Below, in pieces: positions 1 through 8,863 of a stretch of DNA of 32,000 nucleotides (position 1 is the first letter of the stretch; each line of letters opens with the position of its first letter). The position numbers and the translations under genes are program-made. The DNA comes from Bacillus subtilis subsp. subtilis str. 168 (GTDB taxonomy: Bacteria > Bacillota > Bacilli > Bacillales > Bacillaceae). The notes under the pieces were generated by a model. That model did not search any database and was not told the DNA's origin. It saw nothing but the letters and a program-made list of their open reading frames with translations. Location of the stretch: the NCBI RefSeq assembly GCF_000009045.1, contig NC_000964.3:2340001-2372000 (forward strand), given 5' to 3'.

Positions 1-761
1 GTTCTTTTTGTAATCCCGATCATCTTTTCCATATCAAAACGGGAACCTGTGTGCGGCACTGTGTGCAAAAAGTGATAAAAAGAGGAGAACAATTCTGGCT
101 TGAACAGCAATTGAGACAGCTGCTTTCCCAGCCTTATCCTTTCCTCCGCCTTTGAAAAGCGTTTCACTGAAATGCCGTAAAAAAACCCATTTGAGGAAGG
201 AAAAATAACGGTGTTAAAATGAAACCAGTCACTTAAATAAAAAGGAATCGTGTCAAAAACATTCTTTTTAAACGAAGGATTTTGTATAATAGGTGTTTGG
301 ATAGTGTTTTGTTCATTTATAATGAGGGCATACATTAGCCGCTCCGTATTTCGCTCATGCCAAAAACGGGTCCATTCTTCCGACATAAATTGTGAGACGC
401 CAAACACATGCAGCAGATGAAACAGCGGTTTCCCAACTCTTTTTGACCAGTGGTATAAAAGAAGCTGCGGATAGGCATCCGAAAAAATAAGCCAGTTCGC
501 TCTTTCATAGGCTAAAAAGAACCATTTTTGCTGTCTCTCACGGAGTCCAAGCTGAAACAGACTGCCTTTTAAGTCAGTCATTGACCAGCCGGCATTACGA
601 GAAACGAAAGAAGCCAAAAGCGACCATTTGATTTCCGGATGACGGTCGTAAAATGCTTTATAAGCATTTGTTCTTGAAATGTTATCCGCGTTTTTCATTT
701 TTGTCTGCCGCTCAATCCGGCTCAGAAGCTTTCTGATGGCCTGTTGTTCTTGCACGTTCAT
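1..761 (-). CDS. yppC: Conserved protein of unknown function (YppC-like, DUF2515 family as recalled). Only the N-terminal part is present; the C-terminus lies beyond the window start.
   Basis: Manual translation of the minus strand from ATG at 761 (MNVQEQQAIRKLLSRIERQTKMKNADN...) stays open to position 1 with no stop. It is absent from the ORF track because it is open-ended. A weak GGAAGTG SD lies just upstream. The name comes from recalled synteny, divergent from recU. Confidence 0.7.
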   Translation of the reverse strand, partial: MNVQEQQAIRKLLSRIERQTKMKNADNISRTNAYKAFYDRHPEIKWSLLASFVSRNAGWSMTDLKGSLFQLGLRERQQKWFFLAYERANWLIFSDAYPQLLLYHWSKRVGKPLFHLLHVFGVSQFMSEEWTRFWHERNTERLMYALIINEQNTIQTPIIQNPSFKKNVFDTIPFYLSDWFHFNTVIFPSSNGFFYGISVKRFSKAEERIRLGKQLSQLLFKPELFSSFYHFLHTVPHTGSRFDMEKMIGITKR

Positions 762-801
762 TCACTTCCGTCATGATTAGTTTAATAAGGAGGATGAGAA
801 A

Positions 802-1422
802 GTGATTCGGTATCCTAATGGAAAAACATTTCAGCCGAAACATTCGGTTTCATCCCAAAACAGTCAGAAAAGGGCCCCGTCTTACAGTAATCGCGGAATG
901 ACCCTCGAAGATGACTTAAACGAAACGAATAAGTATTATCTGACAAACCAAATTGCCGTTATACACAAAAAGCCGACACCTGTTCAAATTGTAAATGTCC
1001 ATTATCCAAAAAGAAGTGCCGCAGTGATTAAAGAAGCTTACTTTAAACAATCATCGACAACAGACTACAATGGGATTTACAAAGGGCGGTATATTGATTT
1101 TGAGGCGAAAGAAACGAAAAACAAGACCTCTTTCCCCCTGCAGAATTTTCATGACCATCAAATCGAGCATATGAAGCAGGTAAAGGCTCAAGACGGTATT
1201 TGTTTTGTTATTATATCCGCTTTCGACCAGGTTTATTTTTTGGAAGCCGATAAGCTGTTTTATTTCTGGGACAGAAAAGAAAAAAACGGCAGAAAATCAA
1301 TTCGAAAAGATGAGTTGGAAGAAACAGCTTATCCGATTTCTCTTGGATACGCACCCAGAATTGATTATATTAGTATTATTGAACAGCTTTATTTTTCGCC
1401 ATCATCTGGTGCGAAAGGTTGA
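802..1422 (+). CDS. recU: Holliday junction resolvase RecU
   Basis: 206-aa ORF with GTG start and AAGGAGGA SD 7-8 nt upstream. It carries the RecU-type acidic catalytic region ([11 protein letters not shown]). Sequence and size match the recalled B. subtilis RecU, and it sits directly upstream of ponA as in Bacillus. Confidence 0.93.
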   Translation: MIRYPNGKTFQPKHSVSSQNSQKRAPSYSNRGMTLEDDLNETNKYYLTNQIAVIHKKPTPVQIVNVHYPKRSAAVIKEAYFKQSSTTDYNGIYKGRYIDFEAKETKNKTSFPLQNFHDHQIEHMKQVKAQDGICFVIISAFDQVYFLEADKLFYFWDRKEKNGRKSIRKDELEETAYPISLGYAPRIDYISIIEQLYFSPSSGAKG

Positions 1423-1443
1423 TTAACGAAAGGTTGAGATGTT

Positions 1444-4188
1444 ATGTCAGATCAATTTAACAGCCGTGAAGCTCGACGAAAAGCGAACAGCAAATCGAGT
1501 CCTTCACCGAAAAAAGGCAAGAAACGAAAAAAGGGCGGATTGTTTAAAAAGACCCTTTTCACTTTACTCATTCTGTTTGTTTTAGGCGTAGTCGGCGGTG
1601 CTGTTACATTTGCCGTCATGGTTTCTGATGCGCCGTCCCTTGATGAAAGCAAATTGAAGACGCCTTATTCATCAACGATTTATGATAAAAATGGAAAAGA
1701 GATCGCCGAAGTCGGCGCCGAAAAACGGACCTACGTCTCGATAGATGAAATTCCCGATGTTGTAAAAGAAGCCTTTATCGCGACAGAAGACGCTCGTTTT
1801 TATGAGCACCACGGGATTGACCCTGTCCGTATCGGCGGTGCATTAGTTGCCAACTTTAAAGACGGCTTCGGGGCTGAAGGCGGAAGTACGATCACCCAGC
1901 AGGTCGTCAAAAACTCCCTTCTTTCACATCAGAAGACGTTGAAACGGAAGGTGCAGGAAGTATGGCTTTCGATTCAGCTGGAGCGCAATTACTCTAAAGA
2001 TGAAATTTTAGAAATGTATTTAAACCGGATTTATTTTTCTCCTAGAGCATACGGAATCGGAAAAGCGGCGGAAGAATTTTTCGGCGTTACTGATTTAAGC
2101 AAATTGACTGTCGAACAGGCTGCGACGCTTGCAGGAATGCCGCAGAGCCCAACAGCGTACAACCCGGTCAAAAACCCGGATAAAGCGGAAAAACGACGGA
2201 ACATCGTACTCAGTCTGATGAAAAAGCAAGGATTTATTTCTGATTCTCAATATAACAAAGCGAAAAAAGTGGCAGTGAAAGACGAAGGCGTCGTGTCACA
2301 GAAGGAATATGAAAAAGCAAGTACAAACAAATACAGCGCATTTGTTGAAGAGGTTATGAAGGAAATTGATGAAAAATCTGATGTCGATCCATCTGCTGAC
2401 GGATTAAAGATCTATACGACATTAGATACAAAAGCACAAGATAAACTAGATGAATTAATGGACGGAGACACCGTCGGATTTACTGAAGGCATGCAGGGCG
2501 GTGTGACGCTTCTCGATACCAAAAACGGAGAAGTCCGAGCGATTGGTGCGGGACGCAATCAGCCTGTCGGAGGCTTTAACTATGCTACTCAAACTAAGGC
2601 ACAGCCTGGTTCGACCATAAAACCGATTTTGGACTACGGACCAGTTATTGAAAATAAGAAATGGTCCACATACGAACAAATTGATGACTCAGCTTATACG
2701 TATTCTAACGGAAAACCGATTCGTGATTGGGACCGCAAATATCTAGGGCCTATCTCAATGCGTTACGCTCTGGCCCAATCAAGAAATATACCTGCTTTAA
2801 AAGCATTCCAGGCAGTCGGTAAAGATACTGCTGTAGACTTTGCAAATGGACTCGGGCTTGGTTTAACAAAAGATAATGTAACAGAGGCCTATTCTATTGG
2901 CGGTTTCGGTGGGAACGATGGTGTTTCTCCTCTGACAATGGCAGGTGCATACAGCGCGTTTGGAAATAACGGAACGTATAATGAACCGCATTTTGTAAAA
3001 TCTATCGAATTTAACGATGGCACGAAGCTTGACTTAACACCAAAATCAAAATCAGCCATGAGTGATTATACTGCGTTTATGATTACAGATATGCTGAAAA
3101 CAGCTGTGAAGACAGGTACTGGACAGCTTGCACAAGTACCTGGTGTAGAAGTTGCAGGAAAAACAGGAACGACTAACTTTGATGATAATGAAGTCAAAAG
3201 GTACAATATCGCTAGCGGTGGCGCCCGAGATTCTTGGTTCGTTGGCTACACACCGCAATATACAGCTGCCGTCTGGACGGGAATGGGAGAAAACGAGGCT
3301 GGAAAGAAATCACTTTCAGCTGAAGAGCAAAAAGTTGCAAAGCGCATCTTCGCCCAGCTCATCGCCGATGTCGATGACGGAAGCGGATCATTTGAGAAGC
3401 CTGACAGCGTAGTGGAAGCCACCGTAGAAAAAGGTTCTAATCCGGCAAAACTGGCAGGGCCAAATACGCCAAGCGATAAGAAGCTCACAGAGTACTTTGT
3501 TAAAGGCACAGCTCCTTCTACTGTTTCTAAAACATATGAGAAAGAAGAAAAAGAGGAAACAGCTAAACTGTCTGGTTTAAACGTGAAATACGATAAAGAC
3601 AATCAATCTTTAACGTTAAGCTGGAATTACGACGGAGATGCGACCTTTGCTGTTAAGCAATCTGTTGACGGCGGCAGCTACTCGGAAATTCAAAACAGCT
3701 CTGCAAAAGAGGCAGTTATTTCGGGTGTGCAGCCAGGATCTGTATACAAATTCGAAGTAACAGCCGTCAGTGATGATGGCAAAAGTACAGCTTCCACATC
3801 TTATGAGGTGCCAAAAGCTGAAGACGATGAAGATAAAAAAGACCAGCAACAAACGGATGATGAAAAACAAGATGATGAGAAGACTCAGGATGATACACAA
3901 ACTGATGATTCTCAAAAAGATGACGGTCAGACGGATCAAGATCAGACAGATGATTCAACAAACGATCAAGACAAAAAACAAGACAATACGAACACCAATC
4001 CGTCCGACAACAATAACCAAGACCAATCAAACGATAATGATAACGACAACAGTAACAACCAGGATACGTCGGATGGTGATTCGAACTCTGGTAAGAATGA
4101 TTCAACAGGTTCTGACACGAATAAAAATAAAACAGACACATCTAATAAAACACAAACAAACTCATCATCCATTGAAAAAACAAATTAA
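1444..4188 (+). CDS. ponA: Class A penicillin-binding protein PBP1 (bifunctional glycosyltransferase/transpeptidase) with an FN3-like domain and a long disordered C-terminal tail
   Basis: 914-aa ORF with an N-terminal basic segment plus a TM helix. GT51 motifs are present (EDARFYEHHGID, GGSTITQQ, RKVQE). Transpeptidase motifs are present (STIK, SRN, KTGT). The C-terminus is rich in D/Q/T/N. Confidence 0.96.
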   Translation: MSDQFNSREARRKANSKSSPSPKKGKKRKKGGLFKKTLFTLLILFVLGVVGGAVTFAVMVSDAPSLDESKLKTPYSSTIYDKNGKEIAEVGAEKRTYVSIDEIPDVVKEAFIATEDARFYEHHGIDPVRIGGALVANFKDGFGAEGGSTITQQVVKNSLLSHQKTLKRKVQEVWLSIQLERNYSKDEILEMYLNRIYFSPRAYGIGKAAEEFFGVTDLSKLTVEQAATLAGMPQSPTAYNPVKNPDKAEKRRNIVLSLMKKQGFISDSQYNKAKKVAVKDEGVVSQKEYEKASTNKYSAFVEEVMKEIDEKSDVDPSADGLKIYTTLDTKAQDKLDELMDGDTVGFTEGMQGGVTLLDTKNGEVRAIGAGRNQPVGGFNYATQTKAQPGSTIKPILDYGPVIENKKWSTYEQIDDSAYTYSNGKPIRDWDRKYLGPISMRYALAQSRNIPALKAFQAVGKDTAVDFANGLGLGLTKDNVTEAYSIGGFGGNDGVSPLTMAGAYSAFGNNGTYNEPHFVKSIEFNDGTKLDLTPKSKSAMSDYTAFMITDMLKTAVKTGTGQLAQVPGVEVAGKTGTTNFDDNEVKRYNIASGGARDSWFVGYTPQYTAAVWTGMGENEAGKKSLSAEEQKVAKRIFAQLIADVDDGSGSFEKPDSVVEATVEKGSNPAKLAGPNTPSDKKLTEYFVKGTAPSTVSKTYEKEEKEETAKLSGLNVKYDKDNQSLTLSWNYDGDATFAVKQSVDGGSYSEIQNSSAKEAVISGVQPGSVYKFEVTAVSDDGKSTASTSYEVPKAEDDEDKKDQQQTDDEKQDDEKTQDDTQTDDSQKDDGQTDQDQTDDSTNDQDKKQDNTNTNPSDNNNQDQSNDNDNDNSNNQDTSDGDSNSGKNDSTGSDTNKNKTDTSNKTQTNSSSIEKTN
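3811..4185 (+). repeat. Low-complexity coding tract (D/Q/T/N/K/S-rich tail of PBP1)
   Basis: About 120 terminal codons contain almost no hydrophobic residues (KAEDDEDKKDQQQTDDEKQDDEKTQDDTQTDDSQKDDGQTDQDQTDD...NNNQDQSNDNDNDNSNNQDTSDGDSNSGKNDS...). The DNA is dominated by gat/gac/caa/aca/aat codon reiteration. This also creates four long stop-free shadow ORFs in other frames. Confidence 0.85.
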
Positions 4189-4196
4189 ACAAAAAA

Positions 4197-4226
4197 GCCG
4201 TCACCTTTGGGGTGATGGCTTTTTTG
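4197..4226 (+). terminator. Rho-independent terminator of recU-ponA
   Basis: GCCGTCACC-loop-GGTGATGGC stem (one G-U pair) followed by TTTTTT, beginning 9 nt after the ponA stop codon. Confidence 0.8.
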
Positions 4227-4234
4227 GTACACAA

Positions 4235-4263
4235 TAAAAAACCTCCCGTTTTAACAGGAGGTT
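4235..4263 (-). terminator. Rho-independent terminator of dnaD-nth-ypoC (possibly bidirectional)
   Basis: On the minus strand, AACCTCC-10 nt loop-GGAGGTT followed by a T run, immediately after the ypoC stop at 4264-4266. It is convergent with the ponA terminator. Confidence 0.75.
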
Positions 4264-4758
4264 TTATCGATTCATCGCATGATATTTATAAAAATGCTTT
4301 TTCATTTCGGTAATCAGCTCATCAAGCTGAATAAAGCAATGGTATTGGGTCGGCTTAAGAAGAATAAATTCCACTCGTTCAGCCCAATTAATCGGCTTTG
4401 CGGGATATGATTTCTCCCTCAGTTCTTGCCAATCGAGCGATTTCACCGGCTCACCTGCTGTCCAATGTAACGAAGCCAGCAAACACACAATGCCCTTTAA
4501 CATTTCGTTTTGGTCACATCTCGATTTTCGTGTTTGAAAGACTGGGAGAAGTGATGCTTTGATGTCATCCCACACTTCAAATAAAAGCGGAACGTATTTC
4601 CCGCTGTCCTCCCATGGCAAATCGCCTTGTAATTCCGTGCAGAAATCAAAATACACGGGATTGGTCTGCAAGGTTTTCTTCATATCCGAGGAACTCTTCT
4701 GGCCAAGACTGCGCAAGTATTGCTCATAGGAAGCCAACACTTCTTTTGCTTGCGTCAT
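4264..4758 (-). CDS. ypoC: Conserved protein of unknown function YpoC
   Basis: 164-aa ORF whose ATG overlaps the nth stop (ATGA, 4755-4758). I recognise no catalytic motif. The name comes from recalled synteny downstream of nth. Confidence 0.75.
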   Translation of the reverse strand: MTQAKEVLASYEQYLRSLGQKSSSDMKKTLQTNPVYFDFCTELQGDLPWEDSGKYVPLLFEVWDDIKASLLPVFQTRKSRCDQNEMLKGIVCLLASLHWTAGEPVKSLDWQELREKSYPAKPINWAERVEFILLKPTQYHCFIQLDELITEMKKHFYKYHAMNR

Positions 4759-5414
4759 CGTTTCACCAGTCCTTTTTTATCCCTCTTCTGCCCTTCTCTG
4801 CACAAAGAAAGCAGCGGACACTCCGCACAGCGCGGAGATTGGGCTTTACAGTGATATCTGCCGAAGAAAATAAGCCGGTGATGCGTAACGGACCAATCTT
4901 CTTTGGGAACCTTGCGCATCAGCGTCTTTTCAACTTCCAGAACCGAGTCCTTCCACCGGCAAATGCCCAATCGTTTGCTGACTCTCTCCACATGGGTATC
5001 TACGGCTATGGCCGGCACGCCAAACGCAACGGATACCACTACGTTTGCGGTCTTTCTCCCGACCCCTGGCAGTTTGACAAGCTCATCGCGGTCTCTCGGC
5101 ACTTCTCCGCCGTAATCTTCAATAATCATTTTACTCAGCTTTTGAATATTTTTCGCTTTATTACGATATAAACCGATTGATTTAATATCCTGCTGAAGCT
5201 CTTCCAGCGGAACAGCCAAATAGTCTTCCGGCCGTTTATATTTTTGGAATAATGTTTTGGTCACTCTGTTTACAAGTGCATCTGTACATTGCGCAGATAA
5301 AGCAACAGCCACCACTAATTCAAAAGGATTGGAATGAACCAGTTCACACTCCGCATGAGGAAACATGTCACCTATCTTGTCTAAACAGAATTCAATTTGT
5401 TTTAGATTTAACAC
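4755..5414 (-). CDS. nth: Endonuclease III (DNA glycosylase / AP lyase)
   Basis: HhH-GPD motif (LVKLPGVGRKTANVV) and a C-terminal 4Fe-4S ligand pattern C-x6-C-x2-C-x5-C (CKAQSPRCAECPLLSLC). I chose the GTG at 5414 (219 aa) because AAAGGTGA lies 5 nt upstream. The track start at 5423 sits inside that SD. Confidence 0.92.
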   Translation of the reverse strand: MLNLKQIEFCLDKIGDMFPHAECELVHSNPFELVVAVALSAQCTDALVNRVTKTLFQKYKRPEDYLAVPLEELQQDIKSIGLYRNKAKNIQKLSKMIIEDYGGEVPRDRDELVKLPGVGRKTANVVVSVAFGVPAIAVDTHVERVSKRLGICRWKDSVLEVEKTLMRKVPKEDWSVTHHRLIFFGRYHCKAQSPRCAECPLLSLCREGQKRDKKGLVKR

Positions 5415-5432
5415 GATTGTCACCTTTTCACT

Positions 5433-6131
5433 TTATTGTTCAAGCCAATTGTAAAAAGGAACCTGCCTTTTATACTCTTTTTGCGGTTCATTCTGCTTTG
5501 CTTGTACACGCCGGAATTTTTGGCTGTGTATTTTTGCCTGCTCCACAGTTTTAAGCCCATTTTTCTTCCATTCAAACAAAATCCGGTCAATGTAGCGGAA
5601 ACTGAGTTTTCCTGATAGTACAGCCTCTTTTAACGCGTGTTTGATCAGTTGTGCGTCATGCTGATCCTGGTCCTGCCAGATCGCCAGCGTTTCACACTCC
5701 AAAGGCGATAACGGTCTTGCGAACTCTTCCTCAAAAATGGTATAAAGGCTTTTTTGTTCCCCTTCTGCTTTTCTTTCCTGTGTTTGATTCTGTGCAAGCT
5801 GAATATACTCGTACAGCTTGCCCCATAAAGGCTGAAGAGAATATTTCTCAAATTTGATGCCGTTTTGATCCTCGCATTCTTCAATAAACAGAAAGCCTTT
5901 TTGAATAAACATCCGCAATCTGTTTGTACATTCTTCAACAGAAATTGACATACCTTCCTGCAGCTGATTCGGTGTAGGAAAATATGATCCTTTTTCTAAA
6001 TGCATTTTAATTTTTAACAGCAGAATAAGTTCTGTTTCATTAAGCCCAAGCTGTTTATAATGCGTGAGCAGAAGATTGGGGATGGTTGATGTTCCCTGCT
6101 CCTGCATATCAATAAATTGCTGTTTTTTCAT
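5433..6131 (-). CDS. dnaD: Replication initiation / restart protein DnaD
   Basis: 232 aa from the ATG at 6131 with an AAGAGGTG SD. It has a winged-helix N-terminus and a DnaD C-terminal domain with the FRYIDRILFEW motif. It matches the recalled B. subtilis DnaD. Confidence 0.92.
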   Translation of the reverse strand: MKKQQFIDMQEQGTSTIPNLLLTHYKQLGLNETELILLLKIKMHLEKGSYFPTPNQLQEGMSISVEECTNRLRMFIQKGFLFIEECEDQNGIKFEKYSLQPLWGKLYEYIQLAQNQTQERKAEGEQKSLYTIFEEEFARPLSPLECETLAIWQDQDQHDAQLIKHALKEAVLSGKLSFRYIDRILFEWKKNGLKTVEQAKIHSQKFRRVQAKQNEPQKEYKRQVPFYNWLEQ

Positions 6132-6175
6132 CGTCACACCTCTTACTGTAAAGGATTGTGATTGCCCCTTTACTG

Positions 6176-6207
6176 TAAAAAGTCTCCCTTGCAGGAGACT
6201 CTTTTTT
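6176..6207 (-). terminator. Rho-independent terminator of asnS (symmetric, A run / T run on both sides)
   Basis: AGTCTCC-6 nt loop-GGAGACT flanked by AAAAA and TTTTTT, 17 nt downstream of the asnS stop. Confidence 0.8.
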
Positions 6208-6223
6208 GTTTCATTTGAATGTA

Positions 6224-7516
6224 TTACGGATACAGACGGTTTAACAGTCTTGGGAACGGAATCGTTTCACGAACGTGAGGCGCTCCGCTGATCCAAGCTA
6301 CTGTCCGCTCTAATCCAAGGCCGAAGCCGGAATGAGGAACTGATCCATATTTTCTAAGTTCAGCATACCATTTATAAGCGTCAGAATCCAGTCCATGTTC
6401 TTTAAGACGCGATTCCAAAAGTTCCATATCGTGAATCCGTTCAGACCCGCCGATGATTTCTCCATAGCCTTCCGGCGCAATCAAGTCAGCGCAAAGCACA
6501 ACGTCCTCACGGTCAGAAGCCGGCTGCATATAGAACGGTTTTAAGGACGTCGGATAGCGAGTGATGAATACCGGTTTGTCATAATGTTCAGCAATCGCTG
6601 TTTCATGAGGCGCTCCGAAATCATCTCCCCACTCGATATCGTCAAAGCCTTTTTCTTTCAGAAATTCAATCGCTTCATCATACGTAATTCTTGGGAACGG
6701 GGCTTTGATTTGCTCAAGTTTTGACGTGTCTCTTCCCAATGTGTTTAGTTCAATTTTGCAATTTTTAAGAACTGATTGCACGATGAAAGAAACGTAATTT
6801 TCCTGTACTTGAAGGTTTTCTTCAAATTCTACAAACGCCATTTCCGGTTCGATCATCCAGAATTCGATTAAGTGACGCTTTGTTTTAGACTTTTCCGCTC
6901 TGAATGTCGGTCCGAAAGAGAATACTTTTCCTAAAGCCATTGCCGCAGCTTCCATGTAGAGCTGTCCGCTTTGAGACAGATATGCATCTTCATCAAAGTA
7001 CTTTGTCGCAAAGAGTTCTGTTGTTCCTTCAGGTGCGCTTCCAGTCAAAATCGGCGGATCCACTTTTACGAAGCCTTCGTTATTAAAGAATTCGTAAGTC
7101 GCGCGAATGATTTCATTACGGATTTTCATGATCGCATGCTGGCGCTTTGAACGCAGCCATAAATGTCTGTGATCCATCAAAAATTCCGTTCCGTGTTCTT
7201 TTGGTGTAATTGGATAATCGGTCGCTTCGTGAATGACTTCAATATCTGTCACAGCAAGTTCATATCCAAGCGGAGAACGCTCGTCCTCTTTGACAATCCC
7301 TTTTATATAGAGCGACGTTTCCTGCGTCACTGATTTAGCTGTTTGGAAAATGCTTTCTTCCACTTCCGCTTTTACTACGACACCCTGAATAAAACCGGTA
7401 CCGTCCCGAAGCTGTAAAAACGCAATTTTCCCGCTTGAACGCTTATTAGCGACCCAAGCTCCGATCGTTACTTCCTCACCTACGTGCTTGTACACTTGGT
7501 TGATTGTTGTTTTCAA
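6224..7516 (-). CDS. asnS: Asparagine--tRNA ligase
   Basis: Class II aaRS motifs are present (GPTFRAEKS motif 2, [10 protein letters not shown] motif 3) with an OB-fold N-terminus. The TTG at 7516 (430 aa) is 8 nt from the GGAGG. The ATG at 7519 is an alternative only 5 nt from the SD. Confidence 0.93.
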
Positions 7517-7586
7517 CATATTTCCCTCCAAAACAAGAAAGACATTCGGAAGCTCATTGCCCCGCGAACTCTTTTATCATCACTTT

Positions 7587-7616
7587 ATTATACCCGCTCT
7601 TAACTAACCGGGTCAA
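7587..7616 (-). promoter_or_regulatory. Putative sigma-A promoter of asnS
   Basis: The minus strand reads TTGACC - 18 nt - TATAAT, about 70 nt upstream of the asnS start and just downstream of the aspB terminator. Confidence 0.55.
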
Positions 7617-7621
7617 TGCAG

Positions 7622-7653
7622 ATAAAAAGCGGCTTTTCTGTCAGCCGCTTTTT
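7622..7653 (-). terminator. Rho-independent terminator of ypmA-ypmB-aspB
   Basis: AAAAGCGGCT-8 nt loop-AGCCGCTTTT, a perfect 10-bp stem with a T run, starting 7 nt after the aspB stop. Confidence 0.85.
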
Positions 7654-7659
7654 GATCTG

Positions 7660-8841
7660 TTAGCTATGTTTTTCTACAAAACGCTTGATTCTTTCAATGG
7701 CTTCTTCAAGAAGATCTAACGATGTTGCATAAGAAAGACGGACATTCTCAGGAGAGCCAAATCCGGATCCTGGAACAATCGCAACTTTTTCCTCCTCGAG
7801 AAGCGCTTTAACAAATTCATCTACATCTTTGAAACCGCAAGATTGAGCTGCCTCTTTTGCATTTGGGAACAAGTAAAAAGCACCTTCCGGCTTCACGCAG
7901 CTGAACCCTGGGATTTCTATGAGCTTTGCATAGATCGTATTTAATCTATGTTCAAATGCTTCTCTCATTTCTTCCAATGGCTCAGAAGGCCCGTTATAAG
8001 CAGCAATCGCTCCGTATTGTGCGATTGATGTCGGGTTTGACGTGCTGTGGCTTGCAAGGTTCGTCATCGCTTTAATAATGTCTTCAGAGCCTGCCGCATA
8101 ACCGATTCTCCAGCCTGTCATGCTGTGGGACTTCGATACGCCGTTTATAATGACCGTTTGCTCTTTCAGTCTGTCTGACAGCTGTGCAATGGAAACATGT
8201 TTCTTTCCGCCGTATGTAAGTTTTTCATAAATTTCATCTGACACAATCAAGATATCATGTTCAAGGCACACTTCACCGAGCGCAGATAGTTCTTCTTCCG
8301 TATACATGACACCAGTCGGGTTGCTTGGAGAGTTAATAACGATTGCTTTTGTTTTTTCCGTAATTGCATTTTTCAGCTGCTCAGGCGAAATTTTGAAGTG
8401 ATTTTCCTCAAGCCCTTCTACATAAACAGGCTTTCCGCCAGCGAGTTTCACCTGCTCCGGGTAGCTTACCCAGTAAGGCGTTGGAATAATAACTTCATCT
8501 TCTTCATCCAAAATCACTTGGAAAAGGGTATACAGAGCATGTTTGGCACCAGTGCAGACAATAATTTGAGACGGTTTGTATTCAATATTCTGGTCGCGTT
8601 TAAATTTCTCTGCAATGCTGTTTTTCAGTTCAGCCAAACCACCGGAAGGCGTGTATTTCGTATGGCCCTCGTTCATCGAACGCACAGCGGCATCAATAAT
8701 ATGCTGCGGTGTATTGAAGTCAGGCTCGCCTGCTCCTAAGCCGATGACATCATGGCCTGCGGCTTTCAGTTCTTTCGCTTTCGCTGTGATTGCCAGTGTG
8801 GTTGATGGTGTTAATGCGGATACTCTTTTTGCCAGTTTCAA
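7660..8841 (-). CDS. aspB: Aspartate aminotransferase (class I PLP aminotransferase)
   Basis: 393 aa with a TTG start preceded by a GGGGGAG SD. It has the NPTG motif (NSPSNPTGVMY) and a PLP-lysine context (GVSKSHSMTGWRIGY). Confidence 0.93.
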   Translation of the reverse strand: MKLAKRVSALTPSTTLAITAKAKELKAAGHDVIGLGAGEPDFNTPQHIIDAAVRSMNEGHTKYTPSGGLAELKNSIAEKFKRDQNIEYKPSQIIVCTGAKHALYTLFQVILDEEDEVIIPTPYWVSYPEQVKLAGGKPVYVEGLEENHFKISPEQLKNAITEKTKAIVINSPSNPTGVMYTEEELSALGEVCLEHDILIVSDEIYEKLTYGGKKHVSIAQLSDRLKEQTVIINGVSKSHSMTGWRIGYAAGSEDIIKAMTNLASHSTSNPTSIAQYGAIAAYNGPSEPLEEMREAFEHRLNTIYAKLIEIPGFSCVKPEGAFYLFPNAKEAAQSCGFKDVDEFVKALLEEEKVAIVPGSGFGSPENVRLSYATSLDLLEEAIERIKRFVEKHS

Positions 8842-8863
8842 CTTGAACTCCCCCTAATTCGTC

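Noticed and set aside
3616-4237. Four long ORFs (3616-3939 -, 3767-4141 -, 3770-4237 +, 3966-4172 -) overlapping the 3' end of ponA
   Set aside because: They are stop-free shadows of the reiterated gat/caa/aca/aat codons of the PBP1 tail. Their translations are low-complexity nonsense (poly I/L/F or K/R/M/T), none has an SD, and the ponA frame is continuous with recognisable domains.
4614-5171. 185-aa plus-strand ORF antisense to ypoC and nth. Similar antisense ORFs occur at 8398-8857, 13710-14090, 15156-15503, 18731-19169, 30825-31318 and elsewhere.
   Set aside because: The opposite strand encodes proteins with clear catalytic motifs and proper SDs. The antisense ORFs lack SDs, have skewed composition, and are the expected by-product of codon bias.
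6143-6179. 10-nt direct repeat TTACTGTAAA (6143-6152 and 6170-6179) upstream of dnaD
   Set aside because: It is short and AT-rich, and it overlaps the SD region and the flank of the asnS terminator. I could not build a promoter or operator model around it, so it is likely chance.
7517-7659. Possible T-box leader upstream of asnS
   Set aside because: The predicted leader is only about 70 nt. There is no T-box sequence (AGGGTGGTACCGCG-like) and no terminator/antiterminator pair.
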